DNA of 64,000 bases from a phage (GCA_014686905.1 GCA_014686905.1_4093.1), one strand, 5' to 3'. Shown: positions 21,269 through 31,220, numbered from the stretch's first letter. Numbers and translations are program-made. The notes: generated by a model from the sequence alone, not told the origin.

Positions 21269-21294
21269 CTTCGGTCAGCCTTTTTTGTTATAAT
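21263..21294 (+). terminator. terminator-promoter cassette (UUCG hairpin whose 5' arm is the -35 box)
   Basis: GGTTGACTTCGGTCAGCC + T6, then TATAAT 18 nt after TTGACT. Confidence 0.65.
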
Positions 21295-21322
21295 TCTCTT
21301 AATAAATTAGAGGATTTTAATT

Positions 21323-21763
21323 ATGTATGTATATCGTTTTGAACTTAAATTTAGTTACATTGAACCTAACTTAGATCCTGCACGAACTGTAGGTCCGTTT
21401 GCACGGTATTCAACCAGATACAGTACTAAAAATGGATTTGACCGTTTGCTCATGACTACACCTTCTCAATTCCAACCTGAACCAACTGAGGATGGGATCT
21501 ATTCAATCAAAAGTGGATGGGTATTTGGCTGTCAAAGTTTGAAAGATTTGTTCAGATTCTTCACTATGGACTTAGGTAAATTGCATCGTGCTGGGTTTGC
21601 TATATCTGTATATGAAGTTCCAGACCACCATGTAGACATTGGTCGTAATCAGGTTCAGTACTATTGCGGTAGTGCTAAATTAGTTCGTATCATGTCAGTT
21701 AAGGAAGCAAAGGATGAGTTCCGACAAAGTAAAAGAGAAACACATGAGGTAATATATGGATAA
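21323..21763 (+). CDS. hypothetical protein (146 aa)
   Basis: ORF downstream of cassette, SD AGAGGA. Confidence 0.6.
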   Translation: MYVYRFELKFSYIEPNLDPARTVGPFARYSTRYSTKNGFDRLLMTTPSQFQPEPTEDGIYSIKSGWVFGCQSLKDLFRFFTMDLGKLHRAGFAISVYEVPDHHVDIGRNQVQYYCGSAKLVRIMSVKEAKDEFRQSKRETHEVIYG

Positions 21764-22100
21764 AACTCAAATAGAATTAAAGAAATTTGTTTCATTCTAT
21801 CTTCCTGATGACCCACGTAATTCACAAAAAGATATTGAATATTATAATATCCTATCTAAACAGTTAATGATAAAGTTTCAACAGTGTTTAACTATATTCA
21901 ATACAGATGGAAGACGTAGATACCGAATCGTTTCAATGAATGATGAAAACGCAAATTTCTTTGATTACGATGTGGTTTTTAGAGCATATAATGATGATCG
22001 TATAAAATTAAATTATGATCAAATTATACTTGACCTGAATGTTATATGTGTTATAATCACTCACGTAGCCGAACTTAATGGTTTTAAAGAATGGTATTGA
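21756..22100 (+). CDS. hypothetical protein (114 aa)
   Basis: ORF from track. Confidence 0.55.
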   Translation: MDKTQIELKKFVSFYLPDDPRNSQKDIEYYNILSKQLMIKFQQCLTIFNTDGRRRYRIVSMNDENANFFDYDVVFRAYNDDRIKLNYDQIILDLNVICVIITHVAELNGFKEWY

Positions 22101-22114
22101 ATAAAGGATAACAT

Positions 22115-22381
22115 ATGAAGCTTAAATTACAATATAATGGATTTACTTTACGTAATGATACTGAATTTATTAATCGTTCTCCTGGTGCTGAACTGTTTTT
22201 ACGAGAGATGAACATTCCTTTCATCATTACTACAGTGGGCGACCGTGAAGTTCTACAATACGCAGAGCATCCGATCATTGATGTTCCTTGGTACTCTGAG
22301 CATATGTACATGGATATGGCACGTCGCTACAACTGTAAGTTCGTAGTTGAAGGTGATAAAATTACAGTCGAATTTAAATAA
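22115..22381 (+). CDS. hypothetical protein (88 aa)
   Basis: ORF, SD AAAGGA. Confidence 0.55.
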   Translation: MKLKLQYNGFTLRNDTEFINRSPGAELFLREMNIPFIITTVGDREVLQYAEHPIIDVPWYSEHMYMDMARRYNCKFVVEGDKITVEFK

Positions 22382-22392
22382 GGTAAATTAAA

Positions 22393-22686
22393 ATGATCAG
22401 TACTTCAGTTAATGAAAGCATCGTCGCTGACGTAGAAATGGTTAAAGAATGTGCAGATGAAACTCTTCGTGATATGTACATTAATGATTTAATTACTGAA
22501 TACGGTAGTCGTGGTGTACACGAATTTATTCGTTTAAGTGGAGAGTTGATGAAAAATCGAATTCGTATGAAGCTTAACGTACATCCAAAAGCATGGGCAT
22601 TTACATTAAAATACGCAGAAGATATTGTTAATTTACGTCGAACTGAAGCATATGAACGTTTACACAATGGTATGTTAGATAAATGA
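22393..22686 (+). CDS. hypothetical protein (97 aa)
   Basis: ORF from track. Confidence 0.55.
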   Translation: MISTSVNESIVADVEMVKECADETLRDMYINDLITEYGSRGVHEFIRLSGELMKNRIRMKLNVHPKAWAFTLKYAEDIVNLRRTEAYERLHNGMLDK

Positions 22687-22738
22687 TTGTAAAATAGGAA
22701 TTCTTAAATGAATTCCTTTTTGTTTATAAGGTATTGTA

Positions 22739-22960
22739 ATGAAATATATAGTACTTGTACTGATATTATTCAGTACTGTTGTAAGTGCTAAACAAAAAGA
22801 ATATGTTAAATGTATAAATTATGAAGAGAAATATGTTGAAACATATAAAAAAAGTATAATTAAAAACGTTTCGATTACTAACAGAGCAACAATCATTGTA
22901 CTTAAAAATGGGTTAATTATGCTATATAAACCACACGTTAAATGTGAAATTATTAATTGA
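22739..22960 (+). CDS. secreted hypothetical protein (73 aa)
   Basis: Signal peptide ...VVSA/KQ. Confidence 0.5.
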   Translation: MKYIVLVLILFSTVVSAKQKEYVKCINYEEKYVETYKKSIIKNVSITNRATIIVLKNGLIMLYKPHVKCEIIN

Positions 22961-22967
22961 GGAAATT

Positions 22968-23540
22968 ATGAATCGTAAAGGTCGTTTTAAAGTATCAAAA
23001 AAGAACAAAAGTTCTAGGTTTAAACCTATTGTTTTAACAGTTAAATCTAACAAAGAATTAACTGCACTTAGTAAAAAGATAATTTCATCTAAGATTGAAG
23101 TATCATACGTAAATTCATTAAAATATATGAATGTCAAACCACTGGACCAACTCATTTCACTTATATTTGAACGTAATGATTTTGAGATATCAGTAGATGA
23201 TTATAGAGCCTATAATGCTGGTTTCATTAATGTTACTTGTAATAAAAAACTAACTGAGTTGGAAAATTTGTCATGTATAATAAATCTAGATAAAGGTGTT
23301 GTGAAGTACCATTTTGTACATTTCACTAATATCAATAATGGAATGGGTGTACAATCCAGACCTATAGTACCTACATGTGATGTTACTAAATTAGCAAAGC
23401 TCAATGATGAAGAATATTTTCAAGAAAGTATTGTGACTGAGCATTTAGATGATATAATAGCTACTTACAAAGAGTGCATATGGGTTTTGAATGCTATAAA
23501 GCCTAAATTGTGTTTAATGAATATTGTTCGTGATTTATGA
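22968..23540 (+). CDS. hypothetical protein (~190 aa)
   Basis: Start MNRKGRFK with SD GAGGA. Confidence 0.55.
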   Translation: MNRKGRFKVSKKNKSSRFKPIVLTVKSNKELTALSKKIISSKIEVSYVNSLKYMNVKPLDQLISLIFERNDFEISVDDYRAYNAGFINVTCNKKLTELENLSCIINLDKGVVKYHFVHFTNINNGMGVQSRPIVPTCDVTKLAKLNDEEYFQESIVTEHLDDIIATYKECIWVLNAIKPKLCLMNIVRDL

Positions 23541-23553
23541 ATGGGGAATCGTA

Positions 23554-23997
23554 ATGAGTTGGGTAAATGTTAATAGTATTGAACTTAACGAACAAGATAT
23601 TTTTGCATTTGTAAATTTAACCAATAATACAGTACTAAAAGGGCGTTTGTTCAGTGCGAGTGATGGATATAAATGGATCTCTTTGATGGATGATAGTGGT
23701 GTGATTTATAATGTAATGCAATTACCCCAATGGGTATATAGTAACACTGCTGACGATGTTCTTGCCGCAGTTATGCGTGAGTTTGAAAAACTCCCAGGTG
23801 GTGATATCAAAAACAAAGTTTTTAATGCAGAACGTAAAAATTATACAGCACAGCAATTGGAATCCCTTGCCATTGCTGCTTATCAAGCTGCTATTAAGAA
23901 GCCAGAGTGCGTTATTCTTAAGTATGTACCAGACTTAAAACTTACGTTGGAAGACATGGATGCATTCATTTTTACATCTGAACTTGATCAGTACTAA
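23554..23997 (+). CDS. hypothetical protein (~147 aa)
   Basis: Probable start MSWVNVN within track ORF 23524..23997. Confidence 0.5.
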   Translation: MSWVNVNSIELNEQDIFAFVNLTNNTVLKGRLFSASDGYKWISLMDDSGVIYNVMQLPQWVYSNTADDVLAAVMREFEKLPGGDIKNKVFNAERKNYTAQQLESLAIAAYQAAIKKPECVILKYVPDLKLTLEDMDAFIFTSELDQY

Positions 23998-24112
23998 TTT
24001 AACTTTGGGACAACCATTCTTATTATGATATAATGTTTTATGTCATTCGATATAAATGACAACGGAACTATAAATATTATAGTAAAATTTATCTCTTATA
24101 GGAGTTATAAAA

Positions 24113-24496
24113 ATGGTTGATAAATGGAATAAGAAAGATCCATCACATGATGTTGATATTTCTGGTCTAGACAATGCACATAAGCACAAGTATCTAGATT
24201 CACTAGGTCTTCTAAAACCAGACCAAAGTCTTGCACATGATCGTCCATCCCGTGAAAAAGCATTTAGCCTAGAATCACTAGGTCATGAGCTTAATCGTGT
24301 GTTTGAGGATCACCCAATCTATGTACGTGATATTATCGAGAAACTTAAAGTAACTCCTAAAGAGCACTTTAAAGCAACAGTACACTCTGCATTCCGTGCA
24401 TTGCATGATTCTCTCAAGAAAACTCACAATCTTCGTAAAATTCATGATGAAATCGTGAATGCAATCGAAAGTGAAAAACATAAGTTCAAGAAGTAA
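24113..24496 (+). CDS. hypothetical protein (127 aa)
   Basis: ORF, SD AGGAG. Confidence 0.6.
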   Translation: MVDKWNKKDPSHDVDISGLDNAHKHKYLDSLGLLKPDQSLAHDRPSREKAFSLESLGHELNRVFEDHPIYVRDIIEKLKVTPKEHFKATVHSAFRALHDSLKKTHNLRKIHDEIVNAIESEKHKFKK

Positions 24497-24503
24497 TAAA
24501 AAG

Positions 24504-24536
24504 GGGTTGACTAAGGTCAGCCCTTTGTTGTATCAT
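24504..24536 (+). terminator. terminator-promoter cassette (variant loop TAAG, weaker -10 TATCAT)
   Basis: GGGTTGACTAAGGTCAGCCC + T-rich. Confidence 0.5.
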
Positions 24537-24565
24537 AACTTCTCAATATAACTGAGGTATCATAT

Positions 24566-24679
24566 ATGCAAGGTTTGAAATTTGTAGTTGCTGCACTCAT
24601 CGCCGCAGTACTGGTTGGTGGTGTATTCTATGTAGTGGATCAAAAAGTAAATCCACCTGCACAAGAACAATCTAAGTAA
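24566..24679 (+). CDS. small hydrophobic peptide (37 aa)
   Basis: MQGLKFVVAALIAAVLVGGVFYVV..., SD GAGGT upstream; below track threshold. Confidence 0.4.
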   Translation: MQGLKFVVAALIAAVLVGGVFYVVDQKVNPPAQEQSK

Positions 24680-24687
24680 CAAAATAA

Positions 24688-24719
24688 GGTTGACTTCGGT
24701 CAGCCTTTTCTTTATACTA
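24688..24719 (+). terminator. terminator-promoter cassette
   Basis: GGTTGACTTCGGTCAGCC + T-run, -10 TATACT 18 nt after TTGACT. Confidence 0.6.
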
Positions 24720-24741
24720 TAAATATAGACATAGAGAAAAA

Positions 24742-26295
24742 ATGAAATCTATGGAGAGAAATCAAATGCCAAGTAATTTTACTGATAAAAATGGTGGTAA
24801 CATGGCTGGTCACTCTGATAAATGGAGTGAACGCAACCGCCGTCCAAATAGTTATCAAGCAGGTCAAGGTTCACGTGGGTCACGTAATCAAGGAACTGGT
24901 CTAGCTGGTAAAGCAAACGCAGAAGCAGGTGAAGTTAAGAGTACTGAGAACATGACTGAGCTAGAAAAGCTACGTTATGTTAATTCATTGGGACTTCTTA
25001 ATGCTACACAAAAACAACGCCTAGCTGATATGGAACGTGAAGAAAAAGAAAAGTCTTCTCCTGCGAAAGAAGAACCAAAACAAGAAGCACCAAAGGCGGT
25101 TAACCCTGTCAAAGAATTGTCTGATAAGTTAGGTAAGATTTTTGCTAATAAACCACAACTTATCCAAGGTATTGTGAAAGAATTGCAATCTGTACCTAAA
25201 GAAGAATTAAAAGTCAAAGCACAAGCTGTACTTGATGCAATGAGTGGAAATACCAGTACTGAACCAACTGAAGTATTCAGTACTATAATGCGTGCACTTG
25301 AAGGTAAACCACAGGGTGACGAGACTGCACAAGAGGAAGTAAGTCTTGAAAGCGTACTTAAAACATTTGATAGTATTGGTAAAGAAGACCGTGCTAATGC
25401 TCAACAAGTTAAGAATGTACTAGCTAAGTTAGAAAACCGTCTGGAAGGTAAAGACGATAAGATTAAATTAGTATCTGATGCAGTTAACGATGCACTTAAA
25501 TCTTACGTACAAGGTGAAAAGAGTCGTTTTGTAACTGCAATGGATGCTGCATTCAATACTATGAAAAAGTATGAAGCTGATCATGGTGAGAAGGTTACAC
25601 GAGATGGTTATCTGATGCGTGATGATGAAGAAGGTGCAGTTGACCAGAAAGATGCTGAAACATCTCATGATGATTTACCTGATACTGTTGATATGGATGG
25701 TTACATTCATCGTCCAGAAATGGGAGAGTTTGGTTCTGACAAAGAAGGATTTGAACATGCAATGGCAGTGTACAAAGCTCTCGTGGACAATCCAGATTAT
25801 GCCAACCGATTTGTAGATGAGTTTGATAGTGCATGGAACAACTACAAAGACAAAGGTTATGACTTCCCTGCTGAGGCAGCATTCTTTGAACTTGGTAAAC
25901 TATTAGCTAAACATGGAATTGATGTAGGTTCTAAAGATGGTACTGATACTGATGGCATGGAAGCAGAATTGGCTAAAGATCGTGAAATGAACGACAACTC
26001 CATTCATGAACTCCAAAAGCTAATGATGTGGATATCCGATATTGGTAAAAAAGCTGGTGCTGATAATAAGAGTATCAACAAAAACATTAGTTGGATTAAA
26101 AGTAATGTTGGTAAAAATGCTCGTAAACTACAAAAAGCATGGACTGATTTAGTAAATGGTGCTGATGATGTTGACATTGAATCACCTGAAGCATACGAAT
26201 ATGCATTAACTACTCTTGATAATTCCTTTAAAGATTACGATAACGGTAACGTAACTCATTGGGAAAAGGACATCATGAGCAAATACGGTAAATGA
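24742..26295 (+). CDS. large acidic hypothetical protein (517 aa)
   Basis: Longest ORF in window; Glu/Asp/Lys-rich; alternative start 24751. Confidence 0.65.
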   Translation: MKSMERNQMPSNFTDKNGGNMAGHSDKWSERNRRPNSYQAGQGSRGSRNQGTGLAGKANAEAGEVKSTENMTELEKLRYVNSLGLLNATQKQRLADMEREEKEKSSPAKEEPKQEAPKAVNPVKELSDKLGKIFANKPQLIQGIVKELQSVPKEELKVKAQAVLDAMSGNTSTEPTEVFSTIMRALEGKPQGDETAQEEVSLESVLKTFDSIGKEDRANAQQVKNVLAKLENRLEGKDDKIKLVSDAVNDALKSYVQGEKSRFVTAMDAAFNTMKKYEADHGEKVTRDGYLMRDDEEGAVDQKDAETSHDDLPDTVDMDGYIHRPEMGEFGSDKEGFEHAMAVYKALVDNPDYANRFVDEFDSAWNNYKDKGYDFPAEAAFFELGKLLAKHGIDVGSKDGTDTDGMEAELAKDREMNDNSIHELQKLMMWISDIGKKAGADNKSINKNISWIKSNVGKNARKLQKAWTDLVNGADDVDIESPEAYEYALTTLDNSFKDYDNGNVTHWEKDIMSKYGK

Positions 26296-26305
26296 TAAAA
26301 CTAAA

Positions 26306-26337
26306 GGTTGACTTCGGTCAGCCTTTTTTTGTAAATA
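26306..26337 (+). terminator. terminator-promoter cassette
   Basis: GGTTGACTTCGGTCAGCC + T7; -10-like TAAATA. Confidence 0.6.
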
Positions 26338-26365
26338 CAAAAGAGGAATTAAGAAGAGGATTACA

Positions 26366-26617
26366 ATGAAAAAATATATTATATTTGGAATTGTATTATT
26401 TTCCAGTACTGCTTATGGTGCAGATTATCATTGCTCCGTAGCAAGGCAGGATTTCAGAAATGGGGAGTTCTATACTACCTCATACACAAAAGGAATAATA
26501 CACGACACCGACAGAACTATTGGATTTAATGCGTTTGACAACAAAGATTCATATACTTCAGGTATACTATCTGAGCGTAAGACGGATGTACTCGGAATAG
26601 AAAAAGAGTTTCGGTGA
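26366..26617 (+). CDS. secreted hypothetical protein (83 aa)
   Basis: Signal peptide ...TAYG/AD. Confidence 0.55.
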   Translation: MKKYIIFGIVLFSSTAYGADYHCSVARQDFRNGEFYTTSYTKGIIHDTDRTIGFNAFDNKDSYTSGILSERKTDVLGIEKEFR

Positions 26618-26621
26618 TTCC

Positions 26622-26945
26622 GTGGCAATGTGTAATGACATTGAAAGTACTAAAAAAATTTATTATAATAATGAAATAAATTATCGTTTTCATAATTTAA
26701 CCACAAATAAAAGTTTACTATTTTACAATTGTAAAGAAGTAAAACTCCCACCAGACAATAGCTGTAACCCAACAAACCCATCACCAGCACAATGTAATAC
26801 TCCAACTGAATCTGATACCAATAAAAAAGACAAAGATAAAAAAGAAGACAAAAAACCATTAAAAGATAAAAGGAAAGATAAAAAACCTAATCCTTTTAAA
26901 AATAATAAACCAGCACAACCCGATATGACGTGTAAAATAAAATAA
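26622..26945 (+). CDS. hypothetical Lys/Pro-rich protein (107 aa)
   Basis: ORF; low-complexity KDKDKKEDKK tail. Confidence 0.45.
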   Translation: MAMCNDIESTKKIYYNNEINYRFHNLTTNKSLLFYNCKEVKLPPDNSCNPTNPSPAQCNTPTESDTNKKDKDKKEDKKPLKDKRKDKKPNPFKNNKPAQPDMTCKIK

Positions 26946-26954
26946 GGATATATA

Positions 26955-27374
26955 ATGAAAAAGATTTTTTTAAGTATTATTTTAGTACTTCTTAGTTTTA
27001 ATGTATATGCAGCAGATGCTAAACAGGTTGCTAATACAGTAAAAGATGTTATAGTAGACAATGCTCCTACCTTAGAGGAAATTGGGGTAAAAACTTGTGA
27101 TATTGTAATATATAATTTAGTTAATGATGAACGAGTTATGTTGAATACGTATGAACAAGTAGTCCCATTGGTTGAATCTGGTGATGCTTTTAGCTTTACA
27201 TATAAAGTTAAATTAACAGGAGGGGTTGAAGTTAATCTTGACATTGATACCGCTTCAGTACTAAAAGATAAACTAGGATATGTGTTCAATCGTATTCGTG
27301 AAGAAGGTCATCTTAAGTATGTTTATGAAAGTAAAATACTAAAACGTGCAATAGTTATAGAAAACTGTAAATGA
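26955..27374 (+). CDS. secreted hypothetical protein (139 aa)
   Basis: Signal peptide ...NVYA/AD. Confidence 0.6.
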   Translation: MKKIFLSIILVLLSFNVYAADAKQVANTVKDVIVDNAPTLEEIGVKTCDIVIYNLVNDERVMLNTYEQVVPLVESGDAFSFTYKVKLTGGVEVNLDIDTASVLKDKLGYVFNRIREEGHLKYVYESKILKRAIVIENCK

Positions 27375-27383
27375 TAATAAAAG

Positions 27384-27415
27384 GGTTGACTTCGGTCAGC
27401 CTTTTTTGTTATGAT
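27384..27415 (+). terminator. terminator-promoter cassette
   Basis: GGTTGACTTCGGTCAGCC + T6, -10 TATGAT. Confidence 0.6.
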
Positions 27416-27443
27416 GTTGATATTAACTACAGAGGATAAAGTA

Positions 27444-28085
27444 ATGACTAAGCAAGAAATATTCAAAACTTTAATTGACATTTTGCGTCCATCAAAAACT
27501 CGTTGTGCGATGGAGTTTGATATTCCTTATGCTGAACGCGTAATCTTTCCACAAGTTAAAGCTGCTGGACTTACTTTGCTTGGAATGGGGATGTACTCTG
27601 TAGTAGTTGAACATAAAAACTATCCTGGACGTGCATTTAAAGTAACCACTTCCCGCTGGGATGGTTTTCGTGCTTATGCAAAGTACTGCATTGAAAACGC
27701 AGGAACCAAGTTTCTTCCAGTGATCTACAGTGCCAACGAACAAGGAAACTTTGGATGGTATGAGATGGACAAGTACTATCCTATAATTAAACAAAAAAAT
27801 AATTATGATGACTTTGTTAGTACTAAAATTGGAGATTTGTATTCGTATGCACATGCTGGTCAGTACGCAACTTCAGTGAATGATATGCGTGGAAATTCTG
27901 AAGAGATTGCTATTGCAACGGTCGCTGCTAACATCATGAAAGAGTTTCACGGGCGTTTTGTACCAGACATTCATTCAAGTAATGTGATGATGGATAAAGA
28001 TGGGAATGTATTCATTACTGATCCTCTTTCGTGTGATGTGCGTAGAGAAATACCAATTACTGAAGAAGATCCAGTTTTTTATTGA
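27444..28085 (+). CDS. protein-kinase-like protein (~213 aa)
   Basis: AFKV (beta3 Lys), DIHSSN (DxxxxN catalytic loop), ITDP (DFG-like); start MTKQEIF with SD GAGGA. Confidence 0.5.
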   Translation: MTKQEIFKTLIDILRPSKTRCAMEFDIPYAERVIFPQVKAAGLTLLGMGMYSVVVEHKNYPGRAFKVTTSRWDGFRAYAKYCIENAGTKFLPVIYSANEQGNFGWYEMDKYYPIIKQKNNYDDFVSTKIGDLYSYAHAGQYATSVNDMRGNSEEIAIATVAANIMKEFHGRFVPDIHSSNVMMDKDGNVFITDPLSCDVRREIPITEEDPVFY

Positions 28086-28146
28086 CAGAACTGATGTTCT
28101 GATGTATTCTTAATAAACCATAAAAATTGCGGTAAAGGATAAAATC

Positions 28147-28428
28147 ATGCGTTCATTTGAAAACTTAATAGGTAAGCATCTTTTATCTGAAATTGATGCA
28201 GACGTTAAAGAATTATCCAAATCAAAAAGTTACATTCATTTGGATGAACTGTTTGTTAAGTACGGTGAGATTGGTTTTAAGTCATTATTTGTTTTTACTA
28301 TGAAAGTACATAGTTTAAAGTACTTCGATTTGAGTGCTAAAGATGGTGAACCGAATCTATATTACATGTATTACCTTAAGAACAAAGATGAAGCTAATAC
28401 ATTACTCTCTGAATATATATTGGGGTAA
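28147..28428 (+). CDS. hypothetical protein (93 aa)
   Basis: ORF, SD AAAGGA. Confidence 0.55.
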   Translation: MRSFENLIGKHLLSEIDADVKELSKSKSYIHLDELFVKYGEIGFKSLFVFTMKVHSLKYFDLSAKDGEPNLYYMYYLKNKDEANTLLSEYILG

Positions 28429-28430
28429 AA

Positions 28431-28769
28431 ATGGAACAATATTTTGAATTAATAAACAAAGTATCATTTTATGTAGTATCTTTGGTTTGGGTGTATTATA
28501 TGTTTTGCTACATTATTGCATTCTTCCGATACACTACTTTATATGAACGTATCTACTATGATGCCCCAATTTCATTCTTGATGTTTTGTGCATGTACGTG
28601 GGGAATATTAGAAGTACTGATATGTGGGTATAGTACTGATGAATTAAATCTGGTATCGGTCTTGACTGGGTTTTCATTTGTTGTTATGATAGCTGCCGTT
28701 CCAGTATGGTTGTTCTTTGGACTAGTTCATCGCATTGATATATGGCGTTCTAATATCCCTGAAAAGTAA
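28431..28769 (+). CDS. small membrane protein, YFK-family member
   Basis: TM segments; C-terminal ...RSNIPEK. Confidence 0.55.
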   Translation: MEQYFELINKVSFYVVSLVWVYYMFCYIIAFFRYTTLYERIYYDAPISFLMFCACTWGILEVLICGYSTDELNLVSVLTGFSFVVMIAAVPVWLFFGLVHRIDIWRSNIPEK

Positions 28770-28772
28770 GGA

Positions 28773-29120
28773 TTGGTAATGATTTATTACACTAACATGT
28801 TTGCCTATGCTGTTGCTTGCATTTACATTGTTTACTTCTTATTCGGTGGAGTACTGTGCTTCTTTAAGTACAAAACGTTGTTCAACCGAATGTACCCAAA
28901 TCATCCAATTGTAGTTGTACTTTTGATTCTTTCAGTTTCTCAAATAATCGTTGAAACTACAATGGGTATCAGTAGTGTACATTATAGTTTTGGCACTATA
29001 GTAATTATTACTATGCTTATTGCATACATTTTAGTACTTGGATATGGTATCTTTGGTAATATTAGTATGAAAATGTATCATCGAATTAAAACATTACGTG
29101 ATAATCTACCGGAGCGTTGA
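28773..29120 (+). CDS. small membrane protein, family member
   Basis: TM segments; FFKYK; C-terminal ...RDNLPER. Confidence 0.55.
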   Translation: MVMIYYTNMFAYAVACIYIVYFLFGGVLCFFKYKTLFNRMYPNHPIVVVLLILSVSQIIVETTMGISSVHYSFGTIVIITMLIAYILVLGYGIFGNISMKMYHRIKTLRDNLPER

Positions 29121-29121
29121 T

Positions 29122-29466
29122 ATGTATAATTTGAACCTAATCTCATATATTATAACAACACTGTTTACATTCTATGCCTTTGTTGGTATAATCCTACTGT
29201 ACTTTAAATTTTATAAAGTGTTTAACCGTTTCTATCCTTCAATGGAGAATGAGTTTTTCTTTGTGTTGTACGTAGGTTACACATTAATGGCTACATGTTT
29301 CACTGTAGCCGATGGTGTCATCGGCATTAAAACTGATTCCCCAAATGGTAGTACGCTGGTTGCATTTATTCTTACTGGATTCCTTGCAACTTATATTGCC
29401 TTCATTACAACATGGTCAGTGGTTGAATTTCTCTTGCGACTACGAAAGAATATGCCGAATCGATAG
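29122..29466 (+). CDS. small membrane protein, family member
   Basis: Start MYNLNLIS with SD GGAG; YFKFYK; C-terminal ...RKNMPNR. Confidence 0.55.
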   Translation: MYNLNLISYIITTLFTFYAFVGIILLYFKFYKVFNRFYPSMENEFFFVLYVGYTLMATCFTVADGVIGIKTDSPNGSTLVAFILTGFLATYIAFITTWSVVEFLLRLRKNMPNR

Positions 29467-29475
29467 GAGACAAAT

Positions 29476-29730
29476 ATGTTTGCGTTGCGTAATAAAAACA
29501 CTAAAGAATTATTATGTATTGATACCGTATGGGATTGTGCGGGGTCAACTACAGTTCTTGAAGAAGGAACTGGATATTGCGTGTTTGTTGTACATGATAG
29601 GAATGAACTCGAATTATTACTTGCTGAGTTCAATGCTGGTGGTAATCCTAACAGTACTGAATACCCTGAGATTATCAATCCAGCACCACCAGGCTCTTAT
29701 GAAATTCTACAACTGTGGGAGTTGAAGTAA
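29476..29730 (+). CDS. hypothetical protein (84 aa)
   Basis: ORF, SD AGGAGA. Confidence 0.55.
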   Translation: MFALRNKNTKELLCIDTVWDCAGSTTVLEEGTGYCVFVVHDRNELELLLAEFNAGGNPNSTEYPEIINPAPPGSYEILQLWELK

Positions 29731-30110
29731 TGCGACAAATGTACAAAGTAACCGAGCTAAACAAGCGTCTGGTTAAACAATCTATGTTTGAGGATAAAGA
29801 GTCTTACTATAACTTTAAACGTGCAGTAGAGGCTTCTATCCACATTCAGAAGCTTAAAGAACGTGGTTGTATTATTCTGGAAAATGGTTCGGAAGTTGTA
29901 ACGGATGACTTTAGTGTAGCGTTTGATGTTTCACCTGACGGGACGCTATCAATGCCCCGCTTAGGAACTGGAAACATGACTGTTTGGGTTGGCTTCACTA
30001 TGGGGAATGTACCTGGTACTGTGTACGTAGATGATGCAGAATTGAAAGACAGTTTCAAAAACTTATCTTATCTTGAACCACAATACGCACATGAAATGAA
30101 TTTATTTTGA
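29730..30110 (+). CDS. hypothetical protein (~126 aa)
   Basis: Start MRQMYKV with SD GGGAG. Confidence 0.55.
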   Translation: MRQMYKVTELNKRLVKQSMFEDKESYYNFKRAVEASIHIQKLKERGCIILENGSEVVTDDFSVAFDVSPDGTLSMPRLGTGNMTVWVGFTMGNVPGTVYVDDAELKDSFKNLSYLEPQYAHEMNLF

Positions 30111-30112
30111 GT

Positions 30113-30139
30113 TGACAAACACATTCAGTACTGTATAAT
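30113..30139 (+). promoter_or_regulatory. sigma70-like promoter TTGACA-N15-TATAAT with CAGTACTG spacer
   Basis: TTGACA 30113-30118, TGTATAAT 30132-30139. Confidence 0.5.
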
Positions 30140-30186
30140 GCTTATCAAGGGGATGAACTTCTCATCCCTACAATCGAGGAACTACC

Positions 30187-30741
30187 ATGATTACTTTTAA
30201 GAAAACTGCTAACCACATCCATGAAATCTACATTAACGGTCACAAAGCTGGCCTTCTTCGTTTACTCGCCCATCACCCTGATGCTACCGTATCTGATAAT
30301 GAACCTAAAGATTGGCGTGTCTTTTTCTTTGGAAAGTACAGTGATTTTCAAGTATCAAACCTGAAGAACATTCGTTCAGTATGCACGTTAAATGAAATTA
30401 AAGAAAAGTTAGCACAAGCATTGAAAACTAATCCAGATGGTGTTCTTCCACCTGATAACTTTGTAGAGAAAGGTTATGCCTTAGCTCATTTCAAAGATGG
30501 TACTATTCAATCTATCAGTACTGAATATGAATATCATTGGACTGAGTACTTCACTTATGGTTCGAGTAATACATTGATGGATTCACGTAGTAAATTGGAA
30601 GAAGTACTGACTCGTATGAATGAACGCGAGCGTCAGTTATATGACAAACCAGAAATGTGGAGTTCAACTTACATTGACCGTATTGACTATGTTATTATGA
30701 CTCCAATCTTTGACACTGCTTACTATGATTCTTTGAAATAA
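30187..30741 (+). CDS. hypothetical protein (184 aa)
   Basis: ORF, SD GAGGAA. Confidence 0.6.
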   Translation: MITFKKTANHIHEIYINGHKAGLLRLLAHHPDATVSDNEPKDWRVFFFGKYSDFQVSNLKNIRSVCTLNEIKEKLAQALKTNPDGVLPPDNFVEKGYALAHFKDGTIQSISTEYEYHWTEYFTYGSSNTLMDSRSKLEEVLTRMNERERQLYDKPEMWSSTYIDRIDYVIMTPIFDTAYYDSLK

Positions 30742-30752
30742 GGATAACTTAT

Positions 30753-30929
30753 ATGAAACTACGTACTCGTAATCGACTGATGGATGCACTGTACCATGAA
30801 CAGCTTTCACTGAATGAAGTGAAGCGTCAGTTAATGTACACATATCAGTTTCCCGCTCGCATTGCAAAACAACGTGCTAAAGAATTGCTGAAAGAAGCAG
30901 TCGAGTACTGGGAATCTGATTCGTACTAA
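30753..30929 (+). CDS. hypothetical small protein (58 aa)
   Basis: MKLRTRNRLMDALYHEQ..., SD AAGGA; below track threshold. Confidence 0.4.
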   Translation: MKLRTRNRLMDALYHEQLSLNEVKRQLMYTYQFPARIAKQRAKELLKEAVEYWESDSY

Positions 30930-30968
30930 TATTACGTGATATGTCACGTTAATTAAGTGAGGCGATAA

Positions 30969-31220
30969 ATGAAAATATTATTAGTTCTAATACTACTAAT
31001 AGTTTTACCATTTACTTTAGTATCCCCTGGACTTGCATGGAATGTATTTGTGTACTTAGTATGTACTATTGTAGTAAATGGTATCTTGTTCTTAGTTCTA
31101 TTCATAAATGGAATAGGACACGGTGGAGGATGGACCAGTACTGCTGATATTGTACATAAAACCACTATGTCTTTATTTGTAATGTGGAATTTATTCTGGA
31201 CTTGGTTTGTGTTCTTCTAA
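30969..31220 (+). CDS. hypothetical membrane protein (83 aa)
   Basis: Hydrophobic throughout, SD GAGG. Confidence 0.5.
   Translation: MKILLVLILLIVLPFTLVSPGLAWNVFVYLVCTIVVNGILFLVLFINGIGHGGGWTSTADIVHKTTMSLFVMWNLFWTWFVFF

Noticed and set aside
26723-27289. 188-aa - strand ORF overlapping the + strand genes 26622..26945 and 26955..27374
   Set aside because: Antisense to two well-formed + strand genes with signal peptide and SD; low-complexity translation; no upstream signals on the - strand.
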